From Minisyncoccia bacterium (lineage in GTDB: Bacteria; Patescibacteriota; Minisyncoccia; UBA6257; JAAZHW01): a stretch of 49,062 bases of DNA. A program made the position numbers and the translations under genes. The DNA lies in NCBI GenBank assembly GCA_041550235.1, contig JBFEPE010000005.1, forward strand, positions 1 to 49,062, given 5' to 3'. This document shows, piece by piece, positions 38,952-49,062 of the stretch; position 1 is the stretch's first letter; each line of letters starts with the position of its first letter. Under the pieces are notes generated by a model that was given only the letters and a program-made list of their open reading frames with translations, searched no databases and was not told the DNA's origin.

Positions 38952-39070
38952 GGGGGTTTCCGCCAAAGGCGGACCCGCCTCCAGCGGGCAGTATGTCCGC
39001 CTCAGGCGGGCAATTCCCTCTCGAGGCACAAAGTCCCGTTCAAATCTCAATCCCCTCAAAGGTTGTGAGT
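38952..39070 (+). repeat. Duplicated tRNA-Phe 3' half plus trailer, interrupted by a 52-nt palindromic insertion
   Basis: 38888-38947 equals 39011-39070 (60 bp); GGGGGTT at 38952-38958 matches the T-arm start. Confidence 0.88.
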
Positions 39071-39103
39071 GCTAGGGCAACCCCCTTTTTAAAATCATAA
39101 CTT

Positions 39104-39176
39104 GCGGTAGTAGTTCAGTTGGTAGAACATCTCCTTGCCAAGGAGAAGGTCGCCGGTTCGACCCCGGTCTACCGCT
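39104..39176 (+). tRNA. tRNA-Gly(GCC)
   Basis: GCGGTAG/CTACCGC acceptor, TCTCC-TTGCCAA-GGAGA arm. Confidence 0.95.
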
Positions 39177-39291
39177 CCCTCATTATGAAATATATCACAA
39201 AATATTATTAATATTTGCCCCTCCCCGCCCTTGGCGGGGAGGGGCAGGCAACTTCTTGATTTTAAAAATAATATTAAAATATTATTTAATT

Positions 39292-40482
39292 ATGAAATAT
39301 TTCACAAAAAAAGATTTAAAAAATAAAAAAATAATAATGCGGGTTGATTTTAATGTCAAAATCAATGACGAAGGAATAATAATGAATGATTATAAGATAA
39401 GAAAAGTGCTTTTTACAATAAAGACAATATTATCATCCAATATCAAGAGTTTGATTTTAATAAGCCATATGGGCAGGCCAAAGGGAAGAAGAGTGAAAGA
39501 ATTGAGTCTGACACCCCTAATCCCTTATTTGGAGAGTAAATTAAATATAAAAATAAATTTTGTTTCTGATTTAGAAAAGAAAAATATTGAAAAAATAAAA
39601 TCAGCAAACGAGGGAGAAGTTTTCTTATTAGAGAATATAAGATTTTGGTCAGAGGAAGAAAAAAATGATAAATTATTTTCAAAAAAATTATCCCAGATGG
39701 GTAATGTTTTTGTAAATGATGCTTTTTCAGTGAGTCATCGAGAGCATTCTTCAATTGTAGGTATTACAAATTTCCTGCCAAGTTTTGGTGGAATTTTAAT
39801 GAAGAAGGAAATTGAGAATTTAAAATTAGCAAAGGAGAGAGATAATAGGCCATTTTCTTTAGTATTAGGCGGTAAAAAAATATCTGATAAATTGCCCTTG
39901 GTAAAATTTTTTAGAAAGAAAATTGATTTTTTATTATTAGGTGGGGCAGTGGCGAATACTATTTTAAAAACAATGGATTTTGAGGTCGGCAAGTCATTGA
40001 TTGATGAATCTGTTGATATGAAAATGGTGGGTAAATATTTTGGCAATAAAAAGAATGGTCAAATGAATTTAATGATGCCCGGTGACTTATTAGTTGCCTC
40101 TTCAAAGAATGATAACTTAGGCATAGAAAGGCATTACACCAAAGTATTGAAAGATGATATTATTTTAGATATCGGTCTTCATACAAGAATTTGTTTTGAG
40201 AATATACTTAATCAATCAAAAACAATTATTTGGAATGGCCCAATGGGTTATTGTGAGAATGAGAATTTCACTCAGGGGACTGAAGTAGTTGCGAGAGCTA
40301 TTGCCAATTCGCCTGCTTTTAGTGTAGTTGGCGGGGGAGACACCATTTCAGCAATAGAGAAGTTTGGATTATTGGATAAGTTTGATTTTGTTTCTACTGG
40401 TGGCGGAGCAATGCTTGAGTTTCTTTCAGGCAATAAGTTGCCCGGCCTCGTTGCTTTGGAGAAGAATTCGGAAGAGAAATAG
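39292..40482 (+). CDS. pgk: Phosphoglycerate kinase
   Basis: RVDFNV, SHMGRP, LENIRF, WNGPMG, GGGDT, STGGGA. Confidence 0.97.
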   Translation: MKYFTKKDLKNKKIIMRVDFNVKINDEGIIMNDYKIRKVLFTIKTILSSNIKSLILISHMGRPKGRRVKELSLTPLIPYLESKLNIKINFVSDLEKKNIEKIKSANEGEVFLLENIRFWSEEEKNDKLFSKKLSQMGNVFVNDAFSVSHREHSSIVGITNFLPSFGGILMKKEIENLKLAKERDNRPFSLVLGGKKISDKLPLVKFFRKKIDFLLLGGAVANTILKTMDFEVGKSLIDESVDMKMVGKYFGNKKNGQMNLMMPGDLLVASSKNDNLGIERHYTKVLKDDIILDIGLHTRICFENILNQSKTIIWNGPMGYCENENFTQGTEVVARAIANSPAFSVVGGGDTISAIEKFGLLDKFDFVSTGGGAMLEFLSGNKLPGLVALEKNSEEK

Positions 40483-40579
40483 AAAGTTTGTTAATTTTTT
40501 AGATTCATTTAATTATCAATAGAGTTTTCTATTGACTTATGAGATTGATTAAGCGAGAATATATGTGGAGGTGATTAAG

Positions 40580-41005
40580 ATGAGCAATAAAGATGGCAAG
40601 AAAGATAAGAAAGTTGATGTTAATAAAAATGGTGGCAAAGGCATTAAGGGTGCTGGTGTTAAAAAAGATGGCGAGAAGCCGGGCGGATTAACTCCGGCTA
40701 ATATAAAAAAAATAAAAAGAGAGTTGGATAAAGCAATAAAAGAATCAAGAAATAAACCATTTGTAATAAAGGGGGGGGGAATTGAAGAATGGGTGGGGGA
40801 AATTGAGGACACTGGTTTTAATTGTTCTTATTGTGAAAAAGAACACGGAACTAAAGAAAGAATAGTAAGAGAGGAAGAGAAAAAAGATGTGAAAATAAAT
40901 CTTTATGGAGGAGAACCAAAGTCTGAAATAATCCTTGGTCACCCGCACTGTATAAGGTGCGGCACAGTTTTTCATTTAAAAACATTGGAAAGAAGGAAAA
41001 AATAA
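40580..41005 (+). CDS. Orphan protein with Lys/Gly-rich N-terminus and CxxC...CxxC zinc ribbon
   Basis: CSYC and CIRC; GGAGGTGAT SD, TTGACT at 40532, terminator at 41031-41064. Confidence 0.7.
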   Translation: MSNKDGKKDKKVDVNKNGGKGIKGAGVKKDGEKPGGLTPANIKKIKRELDKAIKESRNKPFVIKGGGIEEWVGEIEDTGFNCSYCEKEHGTKERIVREEEKKDVKINLYGGEPKSEIILGHPHCIRCGTVFHLKTLERRKK

Positions 41006-41106
41006 GGATAATAAATCATGAAGGGATTTTGGGGGAAGGAGTAATCCTTCCCCCCTATTTTTTTAAGAAACAAAAACTTGACTTATGCTATTATTATATT
41101 AAACTA

Positions 41107-41133
41107 TTAGCACTCTATCTAATCGAGTGCTAA
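41107..41133. promoter_or_regulatory. CIRCE operator (HrcA binding site)
   Basis: Perfect TTAGCACTC-N9-GAGTGCTAA just downstream of TTGACT-N16-TAAACT. Confidence 0.95.
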
Positions 41134-41197
41134 TAGTTATAAATAGCAAAAGATTAGATTATCGGTCGACTTTAATTATAAAAAATAAATAAAAAAT

Positions 41198-41485
41198 ATG
41201 GAAATTAAACCATTATCAAATAATGTCGTAATTGAGCCGATTGAAGAGGCAACAACAACGGCATCAGGCATCGTCTTGCCTGACACAGCAGAAAAAGACA
41301 AGCCCCAAAAAGGAAAAATAGTTTCTGTTGGTCCCGGAAAAATGAGCGATGGACAAAGAATTCCTATGGAAATAAAGGTTGGGGATAAGGTAATTTTTGA
41401 AAGATATAGTCCTTCAAAAATAAAGATTAATGGCGATGAATATTTGCTAATTTCAGAAAGCGATATTCTTGCGATAATTGATTAG
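41198..41485 (+). CDS. groES: Co-chaperonin GroES
   Basis: IKPL, TASGIVLPDTA, VGPGK, ESDILA. Confidence 0.98.
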   Translation: MEIKPLSNNVVIEPIEEATTTASGIVLPDTAEKDKPQKGKIVSVGPGKMSDGQRIPMEIKVGDKVIFERYSPSKIKINGDEYLLISESDILAIID

Positions 41486-41617
41486 TTATTTTGTTTATAA
41501 GATTAGGTTGGGTAATAATAATTAAAATAAAAAAATCCCACCTCGCTCCGAAGGAGCGAGGGGCGAGATATTAATCAATTGCTAATTATCTCTCTAAGTC
41601 GAAAAAATATTAATTAA

Positions 41618-43309
<1,692 letters not shown>

Positions 43310-43319
43310 TTACCTTCTT

Positions 43320-43350
43320 TAAACTCCTGATTTCATTCAGGAGTTTTTGT
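43320..43350 (+). terminator. groESL terminator
   Basis: AAACTCCTGA-TTTCAT-TCAGGAGTTTTT. Confidence 0.75.
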
Positions 43351-43461
43351 TTGTTTTGAAATAATTTGTTTTGAAATGATAAATGGAAATAAAAAGGAAG
43401 CACAGCGATTTTTTGTTATCGTCGCCATGCCCCATAAAATAAAAAATATATAATGCCTTCG

Positions 43462-43725
43462 TCAATAACCCTCTCCATGGAAATAATCATTATTTAAAAA
43501 TTTTGCAAATTTAGTTATTTTTAAGTGGGCAATATTTAATTTGGAGTGTTTTTTTATTTTCCCCAATAAATTATCTGCCCCCTCTTTTGATAAGAAAATT
43601 TTGATTTCTTCAATGTTGGTTATATTCTTAATAAATAGCACAAAAGAAATTACTTTTCCTTTATATCCAGCAAAAACTAATTTTGTTTTTGTGTCTATAA
43701 TAATAAATTCTGTTTTTCCTGCCAT
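43462..43725 (-). CDS. Orphan hypothetical protein (87 aa)
   Basis: AGGAGG SD before ATG 43725; promoter shares an 18-bp core with its neighbours. Confidence 0.65.
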   Translation of the reverse strand: MAGKTEFIIIDTKTKLVFAGYKGKVISFVLFIKNITNIEEIKIFLSKEGADNLLGKIKKHSKLNIAHLKITKFAKFLNNDYFHGEGY

Positions 43726-43936
43726 AATCCCTCCTGATATTTTATTTTTCAATATTAAAAATCTTTTGACTGCGAATTATCTTATAATACCAACCAAGAC
43801 TTGTCAATATTTTAGTCTTATCCAATACAAGATAAGTGCGATATCTGGGGGATGTTTGATGTGCTTAATCAAGATAATCCTCGCAATGAATTGTGGCGAT
43901 TTATTGCATGGAAATTTAGTGCGGGGGAATTTGGTA

Positions 43937-44002
43937 ATTAGAAATAAAAAAATACTCCCCAACAAGACATTTCGCAATATCTTGTTGGGGGCTTTATGCT
44001 GA
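43937..44002 (-). terminator. Cassette terminator module, copy 1
   Basis: Near-identical to 45169-45233; long hairpin followed on the minus strand by TTTTTTTATT. Confidence 0.8.
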
Positions 44003-44003
44003 T

Positions 44004-44654
44004 TTACTTTTTCTCTTCTTCTTTTTTTTTCAAAGACATCCAAGTTTTTTCGGCATTACAATTGATGCCCTTCAAAGATAAGTATCTTTTAAATACTCTT
44101 TTTCTAACGATTGCCTTATTGTCATGATGATGATAGTCCGGGAGAATTTCAATGCGGAGAAAAACATCTTCTATTTTTTCATCATCAACCCCCATGTCTT
44201 CTATTGAGGATGTAGGGATAAGATCATAAATTCTTCTTGCGAATATCGGATCAAATATACTCGTGCTTTCTAAAGACATGCGGGACAAATCTTTTATTTT
44301 TAATTTGCCGAGAGCATCATCCTTACAAAGTAGATGGTATCCTTTATCTAATAAGGCATCATGTATGTCTCCTTTCTCAGATTTTCCGAATCTGTAATGC
44401 CCGCATTTTTTTTCTTGGAAAACATCAACAAAAGTATTCCAATCTTGAATATCTTCAATTTCCTTTAAGATATTCTTCTTGATTTTTTCCTCAGCCTCTG
44501 TCCATGCGAGGAAAAACATAAAAAGATTTTCAATCTTATTGTTTTCTGCTAAAAAAGATTCCATCGAGTTTTCGATGCCCGTTCTTAGAGAGTATAGATC
44601 TTTGGATGACAAATTTTCTGTCATTTTTCTTAAATCTTGTTCAAATACTTTCAT
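44004..44654 (-). CDS. Orphan hypothetical protein (216 aa)
   Basis: AGGAGGTTTAAA-ATG; flanked by the shared promoter and terminator modules. Confidence 0.75.
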   Translation of the reverse strand: MKVFEQDLRKMTENLSSKDLYSLRTGIENSMESFLAENNKIENLFMFFLAWTEAEEKIKKNILKEIEDIQDWNTFVDVFQEKKCGHYRFGKSEKGDIHDALLDKGYHLLCKDDALGKLKIKDLSRMSLESTSIFDPIFARRIYDLIPTSSIEDMGVDDEKIEDVFLRIEILPDYHHHDNKAIVRKRVFKRYLSLKGINCNAEKTWMSLKKKEEEKK

Positions 44655-44760
44655 TTTAAACCTCCTTTTTTCTTATTTTAATGATTTTTTAAATTTTTAA
44701 ATTTGGATAATTCCGATTTTTACATTATCACGATAATCAAGACTTGTCAATATTTATGGT

Positions 44761-44790
44761 TTATAAATAAATATCTTTGCGGTTGCCTAT
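44761..44790 (-). pseudogene. Possible C-terminal relic of a RelE-like toxin (IGNRKDIYL*)
   Basis: Reads I-G-N-R-K-D-I-Y-L-stop overlapping the stop of the antitoxin-like ORF. Confidence 0.4.
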
Positions 44791-45002
44791 TTTGATAGTC
44801 TTAATAATTTCAAAAAATCTTTGCTATTAGTAAAGGCATAATCTCCCTTTTGTTTTGATGCCTTTGCCACATCTCTAATGAATTTAGGATTATATTCTCC
44901 TTCACTATCTTTTTCTATCGCCATACTTAATAATAGAGACCTTAAATTAACAACCTCTTTTGTTAATATATTTAATTTTTTTTCCACTGCTTTTATAGAC
45001 AT
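44787..45002 (-). CDS. Small putative antitoxin-like protein
   Basis: 71 aa; D.EGEY.P.F motif and F....DFLK.L tail resembling small type II antitoxins; no SD. Confidence 0.5.
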   Translation of the reverse strand: MSIKAVEKKLNILTKEVVNLRSLLLSMAIEKDSEGEYNPKFIRDVAKASKQKGDYAFTNSKDFLKLLRLSK

Positions 45003-45027
45003 AATTTTTTTAATAATAGGTGTCGCT

Positions 45028-45111
45028 ATCCCCCGCCTCGCCCTTGGCGAGGCGGGGGATTTAAAATAATATCATTACTATCCCTACCCCGCCTTCGGCG
45101 GGGTGGGGATA
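45028..45111. repeat. Two GC-rich hairpins
   Basis: ATCCCCCGCCTCGCC-CTT-GGCGAGGCGGGGGAT and ATCCCTACCCCGCC-TTC-GGCGGGGTGGGGAT. Confidence 0.7.
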
Positions 45112-45168
45112 CCTTGTAGTTTAGCTTATTGAGTGTATTATAACCTAATCAAAAAATATCTCAAAGTG

Positions 45169-45233
45169 ATTAGAAATAAAAAAATACTCCCCAGCAGGAC
45201 ACTTCGCAATGTCTTGTTGGGGGGTTTTGCTGA
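45169..45233 (-). terminator. Cassette terminator module, copy 2
   Basis: Near-identical to 43937-44002. Confidence 0.8.
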
Positions 45234-45249
45234 ATAATCATTTTGACTT

Positions 45250-46005
45250 TCATTTTACAAGAAAGTGAAGAAAGTGATTGATTATTTTGAAATATGGCTT
45301 CAGGGGCATTATTCTTTTCTTGATACCAATCTCTTTCTTGCCCTCTTTTGTTTGGAGGTATTTGAGTCTTTCGCTCGTTTCTTTTTTCTGTCTTTCAACA
45401 AGAGAAAGAGAAATACTCGCTATTTTAGTTGTATTAAATCTATCCGGAAATCTTTCGCTGTTATGAATTCTCCTACCATCAAGATAAAACCATTCATAAT
45501 CTCGAATATTTATGGCATCAAAAAATAATAAAACTCCTTGATTTCCTTCAGGGTCAATGTAGAAAAAACCATTCTCTTCATGAAACTTTTTTTCATCTCC
45601 TCTACAATATCTACAAGTATGAATCTTGGGGCAATTCTGTTCTTCCCCTATCTTTCTCAACTCATTGGTTATTTCTTCTACATCCTTTCTTGGAATGTCA
45701 TTATTTGACTGATGGTGTTCAAAATTCGACAAGAGGGCGATTGAGAAATTCCTCTTCTCTCTTTCTAATAAAAGAGTTTTTAAAAGATTCAAGCCGTTAA
45801 AAGAACTTGGTTTTTGCCCTTTATAAAAGGGGATTTCCAAGTCTATAATCACAATATCCGGATGTGATTCCTTAAATTTTTTCAAACATCCAGAGCCATT
45901 TGAGGAATAAATGACATTGGCATTAGTTAAACTCCTTAATTCCCATTTTGTATGACTTCTTTGGATAAGGGAATCGTCGCATATCAAAATTGTTACATCT
46001 TTCAT
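45250..46005 (-). CDS. Atypical response-regulator receiver protein with a large insertion or unknown C-terminal region
   Basis: ILICDDS, PDIVIIDLEIP, LLS; a KP motif appears only near the C-terminus. Confidence 0.7.
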   Translation of the reverse strand: MKDVTILICDDSLIQRSHTKWELRSLTNANVIYSSNGSGCLKKFKESHPDIVIIDLEIPFYKGQKPSSFNGLNLLKTLLLEREKRNFSIALLSNFEHHQSNNDIPRKDVEEITNELRKIGEEQNCPKIHTCRYCRGDEKKFHEENGFFYIDPEGNQGVLLFFDAINIRDYEWFYLDGRRIHNSERFPDRFNTTKIASISLSLVERQKKETSERLKYLQTKEGKKEIGIKKRIMPLKPYFKIINHFLHFLVK

Positions 46006-46088
46006 TTTAAACCTCCTATTTTTTATTTTTAAATTTGGATAATTTCCGCCCTTATTATATCACGATAATCAAGACTTGTCAATATTTA
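46006..46088 (-). promoter_or_regulatory. Cassette promoter/5'UTR module shared with 44655-44756 and 43795-43812
   Basis: 30-bp exact match 46059-46088 = 44727-44756 containing TTGACA; shared AATTATCCAAATTTAAAAA and GGAGGTTTAAAATGAA. Confidence 0.8.
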
Positions 46089-46118
46089 CAATTTATATTA
46101 TAAATATATGATATAGAT

Positions 46119-48806
46119 ATGTATAATAAATTTACAATGAAAGCACAGGAGGCGATACAGAATGCACAAGATATCGCTTCCTCAAAAAATCAAGGAGAAT
46201 TGAAATCAGTTCATCTTCTTTTTTCATTGATAACACAGGGAGACGGAATGATTCCCCAAATATTATCAGAAATGAATATAGACATTGCTAAATTATCAGC
46301 TGACTTGGAGGTAGAAATAAATCGCCAACCAAGACTATTTGTCGCCAGTGCCAATATAGGGCAACTTTACTTATCAGCAGAATTGATAAAGATATTAGAC
46401 AATGCAACAAAGGAATCAGCCAGACTAAAAGACGAATATATTTCTTGCGAGCACCTATTTTTAGCAATTGTTTCTCATTCAGATGATTTAAGCCAGATAA
46501 TAAAGAGACATAATATCAAGAGAGACGAGGTTTTCAAAAAAATAGAGAAAATGAGAGGTGGACAAAGAATAGTAGATGAAACACCGGAGGCAAAGTTTAG
46601 AGTACTGGAAAAATATAGCCATAATTTAACAAACAAGGCGAAGGATAAAAAATTAGATCCAGTTATTGGCAGGGACGAGGAATTAAGAAGAGTAATTCAA
46701 ATAATATCAAGAAGAACAAAAAATAACCCAATTCTTATTGGGGAGCCGGGAACAGGGAAGACGGCGATTGTTGAGGGATTAGCACAAAAAATTGTTTCAG
46801 GAGATGTGCCAGAATCATTAAAAGACAAAGAAGTCCTCTCACTTGATTTGGCAGGTATGGTTGCAGGAACAAAATTCAGAGGAGAATTTGAGGACCGCTT
46901 GAAATCATTTATTAAAGAAATACAAAAAGCAGAAGGAAAATATATTTTGTTCATTGATGAAATTCATACCATTATTGGAGCAGGTAGTGCCGAAGGGGCA
47001 ATTGATGCCGCCAATGTCTTGAAGCCGGCATTAGCAAGGGGAGAATTGAAAGCCATCGGGGCAACAACTTTGAAAGAATATCAAAAATATTTAGAAAGGG
47101 ATATGGCATTGGAAAGAAGATTCCAACCAGTTTTAGTTGAGGAGCCAACACCAAAGCATGCTATAGCAATTCTTAGGGGATTGAAAGAAAGATATGAAAA
47201 TCATCATGGAATAAGAATTTCCGATAGCGCAATTGTAGCGGCCGTTTCTTTGTCGTCGCGATATATTTCAGATAGGTTTTTGCCCGACAAGGCGGTTGAT
47301 TTAATAGACGAGGCCGCATCAGCGATGAGATTAGAAATGGATAGTTTGCCCGCCGATTTAGAGGAGGCAAAGCAGAATATTTTGAATTTAGAAATAGAAA
47401 AAGAAGCCATCAAAAAAGAAAAGAGTGAAATGGCAAAAAATCGATTGATAGAAATTGAAAGAGATTTGAAGGTTTTGAAATTGAACCAAGAAAAGGAAAT
47501 GAAAAAAAGAAATAAAGCAAAAGAAAAGGTTCAAGCAATTTATGATTTTAAAAAGGAAATAGAAGAGTTAAAGGCCAAGGCGGAAAAAGCGCAATTTGAT
47601 GGGGAATTAGAATTGGCGAGCAAATTGCTTTATGGTCAAATTCCAGAGAAAGAATCATTACTCAAAAAAGCCGAGCAGAAATTGAGTAAGGGCAAAAAAG
47701 ATAAGGCAATGATGAGCGAGGAAGTGGGTGAAGAAGAAATTGCAAAAATTGTTTCAAGATGGACGGGCATCCCTGTTTCTAAAATGCTTCAAAGCGAGGC
47801 AGAAAAACTATCAAATATGGAGGATATTCTGTCTAATAGGGTGATAGGGCAGAAGACTGCAATATCTGCTGTGAGTGATGCCGTTCGTCGTGCAAGGGCG
47901 GGCATATCAGAGGATGATAGACCAATTGGATCATTTATGTTTTTAGGTCCTACGGGAGTAGGAAAAACTGAATTAGCCAAAGCAATGGCAGTTCATTTAT
48001 TCAATGATGAGAAGGCAATTATTAGAATTGATATGTCGGAATATATGGAGCAGCACTCTGTTTCAAAGATGATTGGCTCGCCTCCGGGTTATGTTGGGTA
48101 TGATGAGGGAGGGCAACTCACTGAAATGGTGAGGCATAGACCATATAGTTTGGTTTTGTTTGATGAGATAGAGAAGGCCCATCCGGAGGTGTTCAATGTT
48201 TTGTTACAAATTTTGGATGAGGGGCAATTAAAAGATGCCAAGGGGCGAAAGGTTAATTTCAGAAATACGATAATTATTATGACATCAAATGCGGGAAGTG
48301 AGTATATTAAGGAAATGTCTGATTTGGGATTTAGAAATTATAAGAATGATAGCGAGAAATTTGAGATTGAATCAAGTAATACAAAGGGCAAGATAATGGA
48401 TGCTTTGAAGGATAATTTCAAGCCAGAATTTTTGAATAGAATTGATGAGATTATTATATTTAATCCTCTAAGCAAGGATGATATATCATTGATTTGTGAA
48501 AATCAGTTTGATTTGATTAAGGAAAGATTGTTAAAGAAGGGAATTGAGATAGAATTGAGCAATGAGGCGAAAAAATATTTCTCTGAGAATGGATATAGTC
48601 AGGAATATGGGGCAAGAGAATTAAAGAGGTTGATGCAGAGAGAGATATTGAATCCTTTGGCTCAAAAGATTGTTTCAAATGAGTTGAGGGCGAGTGATAG
48701 TATTTTAGTTTCCGTGAGGAATAATAAGATTGTTTTGGATAAGAATAGGGCTTCTTCAAGGTCTAATAAGAGTAGCGACAAAATCGCCTCTCCCGTTTCT
48801 GTTTAG
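46119..48806 (+). CDS. clpB: ATP-dependent chaperone ClpB
   Basis: Two AAA+ modules ([16 protein letters not shown]), long middle coiled coil, GSPPGYVGY. Confidence 0.95.
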   Translation: MYNKFTMKAQEAIQNAQDIASSKNQGELKSVHLLFSLITQGDGMIPQILSEMNIDIAKLSADLEVEINRQPRLFVASANIGQLYLSAELIKILDNATKESARLKDEYISCEHLFLAIVSHSDDLSQIIKRHNIKRDEVFKKIEKMRGGQRIVDETPEAKFRVLEKYSHNLTNKAKDKKLDPVIGRDEELRRVIQIISRRTKNNPILIGEPGTGKTAIVEGLAQKIVSGDVPESLKDKEVLSLDLAGMVAGTKFRGEFEDRLKSFIKEIQKAEGKYILFIDEIHTIIGAGSAEGAIDAANVLKPALARGELKAIGATTLKEYQKYLERDMALERRFQPVLVEEPTPKHAIAILRGLKERYENHHGIRISDSAIVAAVSLSSRYISDRFLPDKAVDLIDEAASAMRLEMDSLPADLEEAKQNILNLEIEKEAIKKEKSEMAKNRLIEIERDLKVLKLNQEKEMKKRNKAKEKVQAIYDFKKEIEELKAKAEKAQFDGELELASKLLYGQIPEKESLLKKAEQKLSKGKKDKAMMSEEVGEEEIAKIVSRWTGIPVSKMLQSEAEKLSNMEDILSNRVIGQKTAISAVSDAVRRARAGISEDDRPIGSFMFLGPTGVGKTELAKAMAVHLFNDEKAIIRIDMSEYMEQHSVSKMIGSPPGYVGYDEGGQLTEMVRHRPYSLVLFDEIEKAHPEVFNVLLQILDEGQLKDAKGRKVNFRNTIIIMTSNAGSEYIKEMSDLGFRNYKNDSEKFEIESSNTKGKIMDALKDNFKPEFLNRIDEIIIFNPLSKDDISLICENQFDLIKERLLKKGIEIELSNEAKKYFSENGYSQEYGARELKRLMQREILNPLAQKIVSNELRASDSILVSVRNNKIVLDKNRASSRSNKSSDKIASPVSV

Positions 48807-48837
48807 TGCATATTTAACTACTGAATATATTACTGAA

Positions 48838-48866
48838 TAAACTGCTGAATATTTTCAGCAGTTTTT
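48838..48866 (+). terminator. clpB terminator
   Basis: AAACTGCTGAA-TAT-TTTCAGCAGTTTTT. Confidence 0.7.
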
Positions 48867-49062
48867 GGGAATAAAAAATGAAGGAGCCCCGCATAAGCGA
48901 AGCCCCTTGGTAACATAATAATGGGATGTATTTCAAAATAGCAGTTCATGAGTCAATACGATCCCCAATTTAAGAATAGTAATAAATATTTAATTTGTTG
49001 CCATTCTCAAGTTGATGATATTTGATACTGCTCGGAATATATATGAGTAGTTTTCCCTTCTA

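Noticed and set aside
38785-39075. ORFs 38785-39075(+) and 38802-39059(-)
   Set aside because: They overlap tRNA-Val, tRNA-Phe and the repeat; spurious translations.
43541-44043. ORFs 43541-44002(+) and 43804-44043(-)
   Set aside because: They run across cassette promoter and terminator modules and overlap better-supported genes.
43462-46088. Classical integron cassette array
   Set aside because: No intI and no attC R-box pairs (RYYYAAC/GTTRRRY) were recognised; the genes carry their own promoters.
46006-46118. CIRCE upstream of clpB
   Set aside because: No TTAGCACTC-N9-GAGTGCTAA match; only groES has one.
48870-49062. Partial minus-strand CDS at the window end
   Set aside because: A terminator-like motif near 48871-48910 hints at a gene beyond the edge, but the frame cannot be determined from under 35 codons.

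Overview
AT-rich bacterial chromosome segment, most consistent with a Patescibacteria (Parcubacteria/CPR) genome. That assignment is an inference from gene content, the short SMC, the sigma70-r4/HARE-HTH protein and the repeat types. Stop-codon use fits genetic code 11. The window holds the likely replication origin (smc <- oriC -> dnaA-dnaN) and core genes (tuf, rpsJ, lysS, greA, trpS, rpsU, polA, mltG, mraY, pgk, groES/groEL with a perfect CIRCE, clpB). It also holds four tRNAs, pilin/pilC, a two-component pair, a C5-methyltransferase/HNH module, a 14x32-aa solenoid protein and many orphans. Four features stand out. (1) Eleven dispersed orphan genes look like standardised cassettes (TTGAC promoter, GGAGG SD, usually their own terminator), while the core genes lack SD sequences; unrelated orphans share near-identical promoter and terminator modules. 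(2) A ~30-nt palindromic element sits 6-8 nt upstream of the ATG of five conserved genes, always in the same orientation. (3) 22-nt and 30-nt mini-elements are nested inside other elements and inside a duplicated tRNA end. (4) A saw-tooth A/C-to-G/T compositional gradient runs along genes on both strands. No integrase, transposase, reverse transcriptase or CRISPR array was seen.
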